The translations under genes and the position numbers were made by a program. Of a stretch of DNA of 64,000 nucleotides, positions 62,836-64,000 are shown piece by piece; positions within the stretch are counted from its first letter, which is position 1; every line of letters starts with the position of its first letter. The notes beneath the pieces were generated by a model, which worked only from the letters and a program-made list of their open reading frames with translations, did no database searches and was not told the origin of the DNA. This DNA is from Somniosus microcephalus (lineage: Eukaryota): NCBI GenBank assembly GCA_052327205.1, contig JBMRGM010000035.1, positions 130,138,001 to 130,202,000 on the forward strand, in the 5' to 3' direction.

Positions 62836-64000
62836 TGTAGTGATCAATAGCATGTCATTCTATAGTGGACACTAGGTGGAGCCGTAGAGCTGTATATAGC
62901 TGTATGTATAAGACTACTCTACCCAGCTATATATTATATTAAGACTACATTACCCATGAGGCTAGGCTACCCACAAGGCAGCAGTCAAGATGGAAGCCTC
63001 TACAAGATGCTGTACAAGTCCACCTGTGCTCAATAAAAGTAGCTAGCAAAAGCTAGCTGTGTTCATAATAAGAATGTCTATTTATTAATGAACATAACAT
63101 GGTACCACGGTGGTGAAGATCTGCTGAAAATTGTGAAAAGCGACATGGAGAATTTGAAGCCACCAGAGTGTTTGAATCTCACGGAAAAAATTGACTACAA
63201 CTGGCAGACTTTTAAACAGCAATTCGAACTCTACATTGCAGCCATCGGATTCAGTACAAAGCCAGATGCAAGGAAGATAGCATTGCTGCTTACGGTTGCA
63301 GGCCCACAGGCGATAGAGGTATTTAATACATTTGTATTTAATCCAGTGGAGAACAGAGAAAAATTAGAAGATGCGCTAAAAAAATTTGATGCACATTGCT
63401 CTCCCAAAAAGAATGAGACCTATGAAAGATACATCTTCTGTTCTCGGACACAGCAGCAAAATGAGACTTTTGATAGCTTTATAACTGATCTGAAACTGAA
63501 AGCACAGACATGTCATTTCTCTGAGCTCAAAGCATCCATGATTCGTGACCAGATTGTGTTTGGTATTCATGATAAAAAAGTCAGGGAACGTCTGTTGCGA
63601 GAAACCGAACTACATTTGGGAAATGCGGTGAAAATATGCCAAGCCAGCGAGCTAGCTCGAAATCATGCGAAGACTTTCAGTGAAATCAATAATGATGCGA
63701 ATGTAATGATTGATAATGCTGCTATCGGTGCTGTGTCCTACAAGGGGAAGAATCGTGGGCAGAACAGAAATGAAAAGCAATCGGAGGATGAAATTTTTAA
63801 TTGTAAATGCTGTGGTTACAAACACCAGTTAAGACAATGCCCAGCGTTTGGAAAAATGTGCACAAAGTGTAATGGAAAGAATCACTTTGCCAAACAATGC
63901 TTTTCAAAAGTAAAAACGACGAAAGGGCAACGAGTTAATGTGATTGAGGACACTGACTTAAGTGAGACATTTTTTGTAGGAATGGTGTCATGTGACGATA
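62836..64000 (+). mobile_element. Second Gypsy LTR retrotransposon (5' LTR and gag), runs off the window
   Basis: TG...CA LTR at 62836-63099 containing AATAAA, followed by TGGTACC (PBS position) and gag. Confidence 0.9.
63145..64000 (+). CDS. Gypsy gag ORF, open to the window edge
   Basis: MENLKPPECL...WQTFKQQFELY...MIRDQIVFGI...CPAFGKMCTKCNGKNHFAKQC; no stop seen, which explains its absence from the ORF track. Confidence 0.9.
   Translation, partial: MENLKPPECLNLTEKIDYNWQTFKQQFELYIAAIGFSTKPDARKIALLLTVAGPQAIEVFNTFVFNPVENREKLEDALKKFDAHCSPKKNETYERYIFCSRTQQQNETFDSFITDLKLKAQTCHFSELKASMIRDQIVFGIHDKKVRERLLRETELHLGNAVKICQASELARNHAKTFSEINNDANVMIDNAAIGAVSYKGKNRGQNRNEKQSEDEIFNCKCCGYKHQLRQCPAFGKMCTKCNGKNHFAKQCFSKVKTTKGQRVNVIEDTDLSETFFVGMVSCDD

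Overview
Vertebrate, almost certainly elasmobranch (shark) genomic DNA, judged from the HE1/V-SINE, DeuSINE and CR1 content. The window is repeat-rich: CR1 and L2 LINE fragments, SINEs, several PIF/Harbinger-like MITE families, two Gypsy LTR retrotransposons and minisatellites. The structure the ORF track misses is an old inverted duplication of about 37 kb (left arm ~25830-43207, right arm ~43949-62830, spacer ~0.74 kb). It carries two head-to-head paralogous genes built from mostly alternating 36-nt and 27-nt phase-1 microexons, which splice in frame into a heptad/coiled-coil stalk. The left (minus-strand) copy ends in a PRY-SPRY/B30.2 exon with a premature stop and a frameshift. The right (plus-strand) copy has its own ATG exon with tyrosine motifs and runs off the window. 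I found no Ig, transmembrane, RING or B-box exon. A heavily decayed, possibly NACHT-like segment lies upstream in both arms. All alignments and translations were done by eye, so repeat boundaries are approximate; exon coordinates were counted directly.
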